Shown in pieces: positions 38,036-47,126 of a stretch of DNA of 64,000 nt. The stretch's first letter is position 1. Every line of letters starts with the position of its first letter. A program made the position numbers and the translations under genes. Source of the DNA: a virus; the IMG/VR virus record IMGVR_UViG_3300022188_000006, positions 64,001-128,000 of that record; one strand, written 5' to 3'. The notes beneath the pieces were generated by a model. The model saw only the letters and a list, made by a program, of their open reading frames with translations. It had not been told where the DNA came from and did no database searches.

Positions 38036-38986
38036 CTAGCCCTTCTTGCGGCCTCGCGCAGCCATCTGCTGGAAGCGCTTCTTCCCGTACTTGGCACGAC
38101 CGAGACTGGCAGCCAAGGCAGCAGGGTTCTTCACGTCGCCACGCCGCCGCAGCTTGTCCTCCAAAGCCTCGAACCGGGCGCCTTCACCGGGAGGAGCTTT
38201 TGCCGAAGGCTCGCTCTTTCCGCCCTTCAGCGAACCGGGCTTGACCTTCCGTCCCTTACGGGTCTTCTCGATCTCGAAACCTGGGACCGACTCGTTCTCC
38301 TCGCAGAGGCTGTGCAGGATCTCATCCAGGGACTTCCCCGCGGCCGCCATCTCTTGGAACCGCTTCTTGCCCCACTTTTTCCGGCCGATCCAAGCAGCCA
38401 CGGCCTTCGGGTTCTTCACCCCGGGCTTCCCGCGAAGCTCCTCAACAAGCTCATCGAACCGCTTGCCACTGCCAAGCTTCGGCTTTTTCTTTTCCACCTT
38501 ACCGTTCAGCGACTTGATCAGATCGTCCTCAGAAAACTCGACAGAAAAGCCGGCTTTGTTGACCCGAATATCCCGCAAACCCTGGGCAAACAGACCGATT
38601 GCCATGATCGCCTTGTGCGCAGCCTTCTCGCACTCAAGAATGAGCGAACGGACGCGATCAGCATCGCTGTCCAGCTCGTTCACGCTGTCACGGAGACGCT
38701 TGCCAACAAGCTCGGCCTGCCGACGAGTCCGGTCCATCTTCACGCCGGGAAGGGTTTCTGCCAGGTCGACGGCCTGGTCGACGAGGCCTGCACAGGCCAG
38801 CACCTTTGCTGCAGCACCGCGCCAGTCTCCCTTTCCGCGAAGCCCCTTGGCCATGTCCACGGCACTTAGAGCCTCCTCAACCATTGTCAGGAGCATCTCC
38901 TTCCTGGTCTTGTTCTTGCTCACCTTGGCGAGGCTCCCAAGAAAGCCCTTCTCAAGGTTCTCGCTCATTTCGTTTCTCATCGTCAT
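38036..38986 (-). CDS. Basic protein with two ~47-aa repeats
   Basis: G-RF-L...VKNP-A-AA-[IL]GR-K[WY]GKKRFQ-MAA-G occurs twice. Confidence 0.75.
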   Translation of the reverse strand: MTMRNEMSENLEKGFLGSLAKVSKNKTRKEMLLTMVEEALSAVDMAKGLRGKGDWRGAAAKVLACAGLVDQAVDLAETLPGVKMDRTRRQAELVGKRLRDSVNELDSDADRVRSLILECEKAAHKAIMAIGLFAQGLRDIRVNKAGFSVEFSEDDLIKSLNGKVEKKKPKLGSGKRFDELVEELRGKPGVKNPKAVAAWIGRKKWGKKRFQEMAAAGKSLDEILHSLCEENESVPGFEIEKTRKGRKVKPGSLKGGKSEPSAKAPPGEGARFEALEDKLRRRGDVKNPAALAASLGRAKYGKKRFQQMAARGRKKG

Positions 38987-39013
38987 TCTCCTAGCTCTAA
39001 TGAAACATGGACC

Positions 39014-39376
39014 TTACTCGTCCGTGCCTTCCTTGTCTGCGTCCTCTCCCTGTTCACCTTCCTGCTCGGAATCACCGGCAGTCCCTTCTGGACCTTCGTT
39101 GTCCACAGCGTCATCTGCCTTGTCAGCCCCCGCAGCAGGCTCCGTAGCAGCAGCTTTCTCGGTCTTCACCAGTTCCATGCTGATCTTGCAACCAGCACAG
39201 ACCAGCTTGCCGTCTTTCGCCTCCATAGCTTCACCACACCTCGGACATGTCGCATTCTCCATTCGATTCTCCTTTTTCTTTCCGACAGCAGCACTTATAG
39301 CCCTTGTCACGGCATTAAGACCGCCGTCGAACTGACCAATACCAACAGCACCGCTAGTATCTATTGCCTTTTTCAC
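39014..39376 (-). CDS. Zn-ribbon protein with acidic tail
   Basis: CPRC...CAGC; start may be a downstream Met. Confidence 0.6.
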   Translation of the reverse strand: MKKAIDTSGAVGIGQFDGGLNAVTRAISAAVGKKKENRMENATCPRCGEAMEAKDGKLVCAGCKISMELVKTEKAAATEPAAGADKADDAVDNEGPEGTAGDSEQEGEQGEDADKEGTDE

Positions 39377-39650
39377 GCAACACCTTTCTGTTGAACCTTG
39401 CCAACTCCTTTACTACCCTGACGTTTACCGCTCTCGGCTTTGGCTCCCGAACTTTTTTCGGACTAGGATCTTTTCTCGGTTCCTTTGGCTTTGGCACAGG
39501 AACCGTCAGCTTTGGCTTACGAACCGGGACGTTTTGGTCTTGTGTTGCGGGAACAGGACCCTTCGCCCAATCGTTGCCTCCGGGGCCTGAGCTTGCATTC
39601 CTAGCCGCGTCCCTCGCTGGCCGTTTACCTCTTTCCGGATGCCTTGCCAT
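39354..39650 (-). CDS. Basic Pro/Lys-rich protein
   Basis: Probable start at ATG 39650 (MARHPERGK). Confidence 0.5.
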   Translation of the reverse strand: MARHPERGKRPARDAARNASSGPGGNDWAKGPVPATQDQNVPVRKPKLTVPVPKPKEPRKDPSPKKVREPKPRAVNVRVVKELARFNRKVLREKGNRY

Positions 39651-39795
39651 CCCTGATTTCTTTCGCTTCCTTCTTAGAAACAACACCGGTGCTCTCGGCA
39701 CCGCTGATTACAGCGCCACGAATCTTTGCGGCATTCCCAGAACGTAGGTGCAGCGACGCCAGATCTCGAAGAACCTCAGACACAATCTTGTTCAT
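39625..39795 (-). CDS. 56-aa protein (not in ORF track)
   Basis: MNKIVSEVLRDLASLHLRSGNAAKIRG...; ATGA overlap with the upstream gene; fills the gap. Confidence 0.5.
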   Translation of the reverse strand: MNKIVSEVLRDLASLHLRSGNAAKIRGAVISGAESTGVVSKKEAKEIRDGKASGKR

Positions 39796-40412
39796 GCCTT
39801 CGCCTTCAGCATTAAGTCGCGTCTCTTAGCCAAGGATACCGAAATGTCGCCAAAAATCAACGAAACGCCGAGCCAGAATGTCTTCTCAGCGTCAGTAATC
39901 GTGACCGACGGACTGGCTCTCAGACCCCTACGGCCATACTTCACCGCAAACTTTTCCGCCTTGCAAACACGCTTGTTCAGATTTTTTGTCTCGGCACGCA
40001 TCTCTCTCCAGACACTAGGCTTGAATCGTTTGCAGTTGGGATCCCGCTCGATCCTATCAAGCAGAGCTTTTACCTCTGCGATCAGCACATCGCGTTCCTT
40101 GGCAAAATGTGCACTCTTGAAACCTCCGGCACCGCCCCGGCTCAACTCCGTCAACTTCTGCAGTCGCCGTTGCATCACGGCAAGTCTTCGCTTGGCAGCA
40201 GCTTTTACATGGTCGCCCCTCGGGGATTCCTCCTCTCCGCCTTTCTTGGAAGCTGTGTCTTTCTTGGGTCCTCGATAGGGAACAATGTGTCCATTCGGAA
40301 GCTTAATGACCCGCTGTCCACCTTGCCGTGTCCAGATTTCTCCCACGCGCCGGCGGACCCATTTCTCCACCGCAATCTCTGCCAAATCTACAGCCCAGCT
40401 ATACTGTCTCAC
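39792..40412 (-). CDS. Basic hypothetical protein with VGExW module
   Basis: 206 aa; RRVGEIW...KLPNG. Confidence 0.6.
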   Translation of the reverse strand: MRQYSWAVDLAEIAVEKWVRRRVGEIWTRQGGQRVIKLPNGHIVPYRGPKKDTASKKGGEEESPRGDHVKAAAKRRLAVMQRRLQKLTELSRGGAGGFKSAHFAKERDVLIAEVKALLDRIERDPNCKRFKPSVWREMRAETKNLNKRVCKAEKFAVKYGRRGLRASPSVTITDAEKTFWLGVSLIFGDISVSLAKRRDLMLKAKA

Positions 40413-40954
40413 GACAGGATCCTCACCGTAACCATGAATGCCATCGGGCGCTTCCCGCGGCGCCTGAATGCTCGCCCCTGAATCACATACTTGTTACCTT
40501 GGCTAAATACTCCTTCGGCTTCCTCCTTGAAACCGTCTGACAAAAGCGCATCTCGCAGATCTGCGATTCTGCGACCAACATCCTCCTCTGCATCGCACAC
40601 GACCGTGATATGGTAGGTATCCCCTCTATGTGCAGAGGGGGAGAGCCGACAGCCGCCCCTCCAGCCGCCCATCTTCCGCGCGATTCTTGAGGCGAACCGT
40701 CTGATCCCGGCATCGCTTTCCTTCACCACACGCTCAATAGCAGCATTAAAGGCGAATAGTTCTTCGGTGGCCAAATCCTTCCCATAGTCATCGCAGTCTT
40801 CGCACTTTTTCACGACGCCCCAAGCCATTTTGTGGCACAAAGCGTCGTCTTTATGTCGCTCGTAGCAGCTGTTGAATACCTCCACCCACTGCCGCTGCTT
40901 CTTCTCGCTAAGGCCTCTTAGCTTGCTAGGTGGATTGTTCACGTCGTAAGGCAT
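40409..40954 (-). CDS. ChaB-family protein
   Basis: MPY....P..L..L....QRQW..VFNS.Y....D....HK.AW.VVKK; start reassigned to ATG 40954. Confidence 0.8.
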   Translation of the reverse strand: MPYDVNNPPSKLRGLSEKKQRQWVEVFNSCYERHKDDALCHKMAWGVVKKCEDCDDYGKDLATEELFAFNAAIERVVKESDAGIRRFASRIARKMGGWRGGCRLSPSAHRGDTYHITVVCDAEEDVGRRIADLRDALLSDGFKEEAEGVFSQGNKYVIQGRAFRRRGKRPMAFMVTVRILS

Positions 40955-41679
40955 GTTCCAGCCTCCCATTTCTTGAGGGTATCCTGACAAAACGCTGACA
41001 ACCCCTCTAGTGCTGATGCAATACCGTTCTCCCGCGAAATAGCGGCAACACCGTGTCCGCGAGCACGCAATTCTCCCTCCGCAGGCTTCCGCCCGATGAC
41101 ATTGCCCTTCGCATCCATAAGGTAGGTGACACCGTGTCTCGTGACCTGTGCAGCCACACGCGGCAACTTCGTCCGCGTAGGCTTTTTCTTGGGATGCTCG
41201 GGCTTTCTCTCCGGTTTCTTTTCTGGTTTCTTCTCTGACTTTGCACTCGGAGCAGGCAGATTAGCTCGCCGTTCGCGCCGCTCGAACTCCTCTTTTAGTC
41301 TCTCTGGAACTTTGATCCCGTACTTTCCGAAATCTCTCGGATATATTGGCTGCCAAGACCCACCGATCTTCATATGTGGCAATAGCCTCGCCCTCGGACC
41401 CGACCCGGTCCGATACCACTCGATTCGGCCCTCACTCGCGGGCTTCGGACGCTGGGTAGGACGGGCGCGGCCTTTCGGTTCCTCGTACACATATATCGGC
41501 TTCTTGCCGGGACGCTCGATCTTCCTCTTATATTTGTGTGGTCTCAGCCTCTGGGCAAATCCCATCACCCGGCTCACGAAACCGGCCTTCAGTAGTTCCT
41601 CGCCGACGCCGCGCGACTTCGATACGTCGAAGACGAAGTCACACAGGGCCAGCAACACATCGAATCGCGCGTCGTTCAT
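40939..41679 (-). CDS. Highly basic hypothetical protein
   Basis: HKYKRK...G...YVY module; L-x-x-F helices at both termini. Confidence 0.65.
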   Translation of the reverse strand: MNDARFDVLLALCDFVFDVSKSRGVGEELLKAGFVSRVMGFAQRLRPHKYKRKIERPGKKPIYVYEEPKGRARPTQRPKPASEGRIEWYRTGSGPRARLLPHMKIGGSWQPIYPRDFGKYGIKVPERLKEEFERRERRANLPAPSAKSEKKPEKKPERKPEHPKKKPTRTKLPRVAAQVTRHGVTYLMDAKGNVIGRKPAEGELRARGHGVAAISRENGIASALEGLSAFCQDTLKKWEAGTCLTT

Positions 41680-42518
41680 TTTCTTCTGCCGATAATCTGC
41701 GCGACACGCCGGACATCGCCCGGCGTATCAATCGAACCTGTCTCTTCAACCAGCTTCGCCAACTTCTTGAGGAAGTCTAGGTAATGATACCTTTCGAAGA
41801 GTTTGTAGCGCACGTTCTCCGGAAGAAGGTTCGGCGAGGGGTACTTTTTCAGTCCTCTCCGCGCTAGCTCTAGCTCACGCTTGAACGCTTCAAGCCTGTC
41901 GCGGTGGATGTCAGACATCTCTGCCGCCATTTCCTGCACAGCGGCATCGAGGTCCTTGATCCGCCTACGCAACTTCGCCGCAACCTCAGCACTATTCGAT
42001 ACCGAGAGAACATCCGCCAGTCGCTCAATATCGATCAGGCTGCGCCACGCCTCAGCCTTATCAGCATCAATTTGCCGAACATCACGTTTCCACTGATCAT
42101 AAACATCCAGCAGACTCACGCCGATATCGGGACTTGTCTTCAGCCACTTCTTTCGCATCAAGTCGTAAACAGCGTCGTACTTGTCGAGGTCGGCACTTTC
42201 TAGGACGAAAAAGTTGATTGGATGCTGCGTCCCGGGAGCAAGCTTACCGCTAAGCCGTGTTGCATTCTCGACAAGTGCCAGCAAGGTCTCTGGATCGACG
42301 TCCACCACAATGGACACATCAATGTCCGACTCAGGATTATATCTGAGTCCGGTAATACTCCCGACCAGGTAAGCAGCGCGAGGCTTCACACCAAGCAGGA
42401 GTTTGCGTGCCTGCTGTCGAATCGCCCCCGCGATCTCCGGTCTGAGTACGTACCTGTCCCCGCGCTTGTACCAAACAAGCGGGTCCAGTCCCGGCATCTT
42501 TTCATCTAATATGCTCAC
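41676..42518 (-). CDS. Pol-beta superfamily nucleotidyltransferase
   Basis: LVGSITG..Y...SDIDV (GS...DxD), then HPINFF, AVYDL...W. Confidence 0.82.
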   Translation of the reverse strand: MSILDEKMPGLDPLVWYKRGDRYVLRPEIAGAIRQQARKLLLGVKPRAAYLVGSITGLRYNPESDIDVSIVVDVDPETLLALVENATRLSGKLAPGTQHPINFFVLESADLDKYDAVYDLMRKKWLKTSPDIGVSLLDVYDQWKRDVRQIDADKAEAWRSLIDIERLADVLSVSNSAEVAAKLRRRIKDLDAAVQEMAAEMSDIHRDRLEAFKRELELARRGLKKYPSPNLLPENVRYKLFERYHYLDFLKKLAKLVEETGSIDTPGDVRRVAQIIGRRK

Positions 42519-42799
42519 GTCTGGGCCTTCGCTTTCTTTTCTTCTTCGAGGACTGACTCCATGACAAGGAGCGCAGAATAGTAATCCGGATACTCAGCCA
42601 AGTGATCCAACGCAATCTGAGTGGCCACGTCTCGCCTGTCCGTGTGCTCCATCTCGATCTCGATACCGATGGCCAGCTGAACCGGGTCGACATCTTGCTC
42701 GGTAACGCCCTTCTTTGCCGCCATCCCGTTTAGCAGTGGCCTAGTGTCTCCTCTGCTCGACGCCCTCTGTTCTACCGCCTTTTGGATTTTGTCAAACAT
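42515..42799 (-). CDS. DUF5661-like protein
   Basis: QL.IGIEIEMEHT....A.QIALDHL.E.PDYY..L. Confidence 0.78.
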   Translation of the reverse strand: MFDKIQKAVEQRASSRGDTRPLLNGMAAKKGVTEQDVDPVQLAIGIEIEMEHTDRRDVATQIALDHLAEYPDYYSALLVMESVLEEEKKAKAQT

Positions 42800-42811
42800 T
42801 TTGCTTTCCTG

Positions 42812-43339
42812 TCAGTTGCGCCCAAGCGGATGCTGTGCCATGTCCAGCAGATCCGGACTGTCCTCTCCTACCAAGTCGTCCAACAATCGTTTCTTCAGTG
42901 CTGTTAGTTCTTCCAAGGACGCACGCTCAAGATCTACTCCCTCTATGATGTGCCTGGTCGTCGTCTGTGTTACAGCCTTGGGAACAACGCCAGCCTCCAT
43001 AAGAAGACTGGTTCGACGATGCAGGGCCGAAAGGGCCTTGTCCAAAAACGCAGCTCGCTGATTGGCACTCGAAGCCAGCGAATACTCCGACATGGCGCAC
43101 CGGTAAATCTCATCGTATTTTTGACAGGCTTCGGCGACCTCGGCAGGTGGCTCAGCGTTCGATGTCTTCTCTGCTTCCTCTGCCTTCCACTGCTTGATCC
43201 AGTTTTCCACGGTCTGCTCTGTGCAACCTACAGCCTCGGCTATGTCGCTCTTGCGTGCACCCCTGATGTAGAGACGGATCACGCGATCCTTTAGCCGCTC
43301 CCTTTCCTGCTTTGACATAGGGCCACGTCGTCTAGCCAT
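42812..43339 (-). CDS. Putative terminase small subunit (N-terminal HTH)
   Basis: RVIRLYIRG.....IAEAVG....TV..WI followed by a helical region; upstream of terL. Confidence 0.65.
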   Translation of the reverse strand: MARRRGPMSKQERERLKDRVIRLYIRGARKSDIAEAVGCTEQTVENWIKQWKAEEAEKTSNAEPPAEVAEACQKYDEIYRCAMSEYSLASSANQRAAFLDKALSALHRRTSLLMEAGVVPKAVTQTTTRHIIEGVDLERASLEELTALKKRLLDDLVGEDSPDLLDMAQHPLGRN

Positions 43340-43343
43340 ACCG

Positions 43344-43847
43344 CTATCCTGCCATTTGCAAGGTGTCGCCTACCTGCCGAATCCGGCCGGACTTAACAAG
43401 TACCTCCACCACCTCAGGAGCAACAGGATTTCTTTTACCATCAACACGCACAAGTACCGGTTGCGTCCCCATGGCCCTGTGCACCATTGTTATCCTGGCG
43501 TCATTTTGCAGAAAGAACATGAGATGGTTCGGATTCCTTATGATTCTTCCATCTGGATAGATCGGGGATCTGGCTGTCGATAGAGTCTTTGTCCTCGGCT
43601 CAAACAGCGTTTCCTTTGACTCAGGTTCTTTTCCTGCTACAGGTTCGCTTTTGCTTCCAAGAACACCGAGAACCTTGTCCAGCGCCTGCTCCACTGCACG
43701 CTCAGCCACTGCTATGTTTAGAGCAGGCGCAATTCTAGTCTTTTGCTCCGCAGGTCCTTTGTCCGCAATGACCGCGGTCCCGGCAGCACGAAGATTTTCT
43801 CCGTCCCAGACAAAATTCGTCTCATTCTGAACCCGGCGCATTGGCAT
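43344..43847 (-). CDS. Hypothetical protein
   Basis: In operon; start uncertain. Confidence 0.5.
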   Translation of the reverse strand: MPMRRVQNETNFVWDGENLRAAGTAVIADKGPAEQKTRIAPALNIAVAERAVEQALDKVLGVLGSKSEPVAGKEPESKETLFEPRTKTLSTARSPIYPDGRIIRNPNHLMFFLQNDARITMVHRAMGTQPVLVRVDGKRNPVAPEVVEVLVKSGRIRQVGDTLQMAG

Positions 43848-45705
43848 TCGTCCGAGGAACAATTCTGACCATCGAACCACAAAAACTCAAGGGCAGATCC
43901 TGCACAAACTTCTCTGGGGTGTTCGTCGTAATTCGCTCGCCCAGGGGTCCCAGGTAACCGCCCATTACGTACTCCACAAGCGGATTTTCCTCGCCGCTGA
44001 GCACCACAACCTTGTCACCCTTTAGGGCGATCTCCCCGACAAGCTTTTGGTCTTTTCCAGCACCGGTGTAGACCTGCATAATCTCAGCGTTCTCAGACTT
44101 CAATATGAAGTCCTCTAGTTGGCGCAGAGCCATCGCAACAGTAGCCATCTCTGCCGCGTGTGGTTTCGGTTTAGGTGGCTTAGGTGTCTGGAGAGACCTT
44201 GCTCCCATGGCAAGCTCTACCATGTTCAACGTGCGAGGTAACCTGCCTTTCTCCTTTATTCGCCTAAGACGCGCAATGACACCGTTGGCTTCCTTACCTA
44301 GGCCCCATTTTTCCAAGGTTTTCTTTAGTTGTCCCTCGTCTACTTTTTGCAGCTGCGAGACGATCCGCTTGTCTATCTTCCCGCCGTTGTACTCATGGGA
44401 AAGCCAGTGAGGCACAGACGTAAAACCGTGAAAATCGCCTCGTTCATCACTGATCGGGAAGTTGAACCCATTGTCGATCGCGAATGCTTGCTTTCGGTCA
44501 GCACTGACCAAGTAATTCCCGAAGTGCCTGTCTGTGGCCCCTGTAAGGTAGTCAAAGACGGCCATTTTTTCCACGGAAAACCTGAAATCAGGATCGTTTT
44601 CGAAGTGCATCTGCGTCTTCGCCCGTGAAAAGTCACTCCCGCTCATAGCCCCTTCGACAAAATGCTGCCTAGAAGCAGAAGCCTCCGGATTCAGTGCAGC
44701 CTCTTGCAGTTCCTTCAAGGCTTCTTTTGAGAGCTTATTTTCCTTGTAAGCAGCCTGGAGTTCTGGGTGCATCAGAACCTGCTTGACAACCCTTGCTCTA
44801 TCCTCGGCCGCTACCTGCGTCTTTGTCTTTACTGTTGGCGGGACAATGCCGAAACCCAGCAACCTGTCCACCTCAAAAGCCGCCGCTTCGCGCGCCCCCA
44901 CCGACACTTTTTCGTTGAGAATACCACGCCGCATGAAACTAATCGGTGGACCAAGTCCATCCGGCTTTGTTACGCTCTTGCTGCCATCAGGTGCCTGATC
45001 GAAGTAAACCAGTGTTCGGCTGTCAATGCCTGCTTGCTCCCGTTTCACCGGGTCAGAGCGCAGAGCTTTTTCTACTTGCTCTAGGTGTCCTTCCCAAGGA
45101 GCTGACGAGAGTGCACCCTTCTTGTAAACAAAATCTCCCCATCCCGTCTCTTCGTCGTGCTTGGCCGGACCGGCCTCCCTCTCATCCAGCTTGTCGAGTT
45201 TTTCTGCTATCTCCCGCAATATGCCGTAAGCTTTCTGGATCTGCTCGGCATCCCCTTTCTTGAATCCATCACGCAAAAGCTGAGCAAACTCCTTCGCCCG
45301 TGTGCTAATCTGTTCCAGGACCTTCTTCTGATGCTCAGTAGTAGCCTTGGTTTTCATTTCGCGGAACCGCTCACCGAACTTCTTCATTAGTTCGGCAGAC
45401 TTCCGCTTCAGGTCCGGTGTTGCCTGCCTCGACGATCTCAACTGTCGGACAACGCTCTCGACCTCCTGGGCCAGCTTCGATGTCTTCGGGGACGGCCCTG
45501 CCACGGTCTCAGTCTTTGCGCCCTTGGGCGGCGTGTCCGAATACTCATAGGTACCATCGGGCAATTTACGCCGCCAGAGATGGCGCTTCCTGCCCGTGCG
45601 TCCCTCTGGGTCTGGGGGCTCCCAATCACCGACCTTCGCTTTCAATAGCAGGCTAAACTGCGTCAGCGATTCAACGATGGCTTCCCTGGAAAGATCCGCG
45701 ATCAC
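43822..45705 (-). CDS. Multidomain PI3/4-kinase / HipA-like kinase with fused C-terminal partner domain
   Basis: TKP, REAAAFEVD..LGF..VPPT, DYLTGATDRHFGN, IDNG; N-terminal leader and helical region; 91-aa domain after LK|S. Confidence 0.85.
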   Translation of the reverse strand: MIADLSREAIVESLTQFSLLLKAKVGDWEPPDPEGRTGRKRHLWRRKLPDGTYEYSDTPPKGAKTETVAGPSPKTSKLAQEVESVVRQLRSSRQATPDLKRKSAELMKKFGERFREMKTKATTEHQKKVLEQISTRAKEFAQLLRDGFKKGDAEQIQKAYGILREIAEKLDKLDEREAGPAKHDEETGWGDFVYKKGALSSAPWEGHLEQVEKALRSDPVKREQAGIDSRTLVYFDQAPDGSKSVTKPDGLGPPISFMRRGILNEKVSVGAREAAAFEVDRLLGFGIVPPTVKTKTQVAAEDRARVVKQVLMHPELQAAYKENKLSKEALKELQEAALNPEASASRQHFVEGAMSGSDFSRAKTQMHFENDPDFRFSVEKMAVFDYLTGATDRHFGNYLVSADRKQAFAIDNGFNFPISDERGDFHGFTSVPHWLSHEYNGGKIDKRIVSQLQKVDEGQLKKTLEKWGLGKEANGVIARLRRIKEKGRLPRTLNMVELAMGARSLQTPKPPKPKPHAAEMATVAMALRQLEDFILKSENAEIMQVYTGAGKDQKLVGEIALKGDKVVVLSGEENPLVEYVMGGYLGPLGERITTNTPEKFVQDLPLSFCGSMVRIVPRTNANAPGSE

Positions 45706-45920
45706 TAGGCGCTAACCTCCCTAACAGCCCCGTCTTCAACAGGAACGACAGGGAAACCAAGAAACTCCTCCGGCATAATAAGAGGTTCGCGCTCAAGAAT
45801 CGGAACGAGTACCGTCCGGCCGTCCGCGCCTTTCCCTACACCAACAGACCGGGCTACCTTTACCTCTCTGTTTATGCGCTGGAGCAGTTTCTGTGCGGCA
45901 ACACGTTCTTCGTTGGTCAT
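45705..45920 (-). CDS. Small hypothetical protein
   Basis: 71 aa, SVGVG...P..F.G.PV. Confidence 0.6.
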   Translation of the reverse strand: MTNEERVAAQKLLQRINREVKVARSVGVGKGADGRTVLVPILEREPLIMPEEFLGFPVVPVEDGAVREVSA

Positions 45921-45921
45921 T

Positions 45922-47115
45922 TTACGGAATCACTTTCATCAATTGCTTCTCGAAATCAACCAGAGTCTTTTGAACTGCTTTCTCGATCAACCCCCTCGGA
46001 TCCTCGAAAGATTTCCCAGCAGACAAACGGGCGTGCAAACCAGCTGTCATCCGCTCGATGTTAAACTCTTCGCGAAGGTCGTCTTCGTCATCCTTGAACA
46101 TAATGATTTTCAGTAGATTTTCGAATTGTTCAGGCGAAAGCTTTTCCATCTGCCGCTTTACCCTATTGAACTCCCGCATGTTCCTGTAATTTTGGGGATC
46201 CATACCATCCAGGAAATCGCGCTTCAACTGCTCTTTTGTCCTCCCCCTTCCACGCCTGCCCAGACTAAGTTTGAAGTACCCCATTTCGCTCATTAGGCTG
46301 TTCAGCAGCTCTTGTTCCTTTTCTGTCAATTTCACCCCAGCAGCCTTCAGAGCTTCTAAGTATCTCCGCTTTGATTCTTTTGTCATGTGATCCGCCAAAC
46401 CAGTGGCCTGTCGCAGCTGCATCACAAGCTTCGTGCCTCGTTTCCGCCCAGTCGGCTCCCAATCCTGCTTTTCCTTCGCGCCCTTCTTACCTACCTTCTT
46501 CATGTACTCGTCGTAAGCCTTCGAGCCACGTCGCACACGAACGATGGTGCCGTCCTTCCTCTTCGTCCATAGAGCCATGCCGCGTCCCTCAAAGCCAGAC
46601 TTGGCCCACCAGAATTCCCCGACCTCGCGACGCTTCCGCGGCCCCGTCCGCCCGGCCTGGCCTGTTCCCTTCCCGCTTGTACCGAGCTTCAAGGCTCTTT
46701 TGCGCTGTTGCTTCGTAGTATAGCGTGGCTTCTTCGACTTGACTTTTTTGGGCTTTGCCTTTGCTTTTGCCTGCGCCCGCTTTTGCTGCATCAGCTTTGC
46801 CTTCGTCTTCCCGGACAGCTTGCGTTCTCTCTTTCCGGGTATCTTCCGCGGACGACCCTTGATGCCAACATCGCCGCCTCGCATGCTAGGCCCAACCGGC
46901 GCCTTCCCAAGCTTGATGAGTTCCTCTTCCTCATTCGCAATGAACTCATCTCCTACCCCGGCCATCTGGGCGACCGACGGGAGCGAGAAAGCGGAAGCCA
47001 AATCCCCAGCTTCTTTGCCAAGGACAATGTCCACAGCTCGCTTCTCAGGCAAGTCCTTTTCCTTTCGCCGACGCACTGCCTGCTCCAGAATCTCCAACGT
47101 TTCGAAAAGCGCCAT
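45922..47115 (-). CDS. Highly basic (Lys/Arg-rich) protein with VGExW module
   Basis: Start reassigned to ATG 47115 (AAGGAG SD). Confidence 0.7.
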   Translation of the reverse strand: MALFETLEILEQAVRRRKEKDLPEKRAVDIVLGKEAGDLASAFSLPSVAQMAGVGDEFIANEEEELIKLGKAPVGPSMRGGDVGIKGRPRKIPGKRERKLSGKTKAKLMQQKRAQAKAKAKPKKVKSKKPRYTTKQQRKRALKLGTSGKGTGQAGRTGPRKRREVGEFWWAKSGFEGRGMALWTKRKDGTIVRVRRGSKAYDEYMKKVGKKGAKEKQDWEPTGRKRGTKLVMQLRQATGLADHMTKESKRRYLEALKAAGVKLTEKEQELLNSLMSEMGYFKLSLGRRGRGRTKEQLKRDFLDGMDPQNYRNMREFNRVKRQMEKLSPEQFENLLKIIMFKDDEDDLREEFNIERMTAGLHARLSAGKSFEDPRGLIEKAVQKTLVDFEKQLMKVIP

Positions 47116-47126
47116 CTGCCGCTCCT

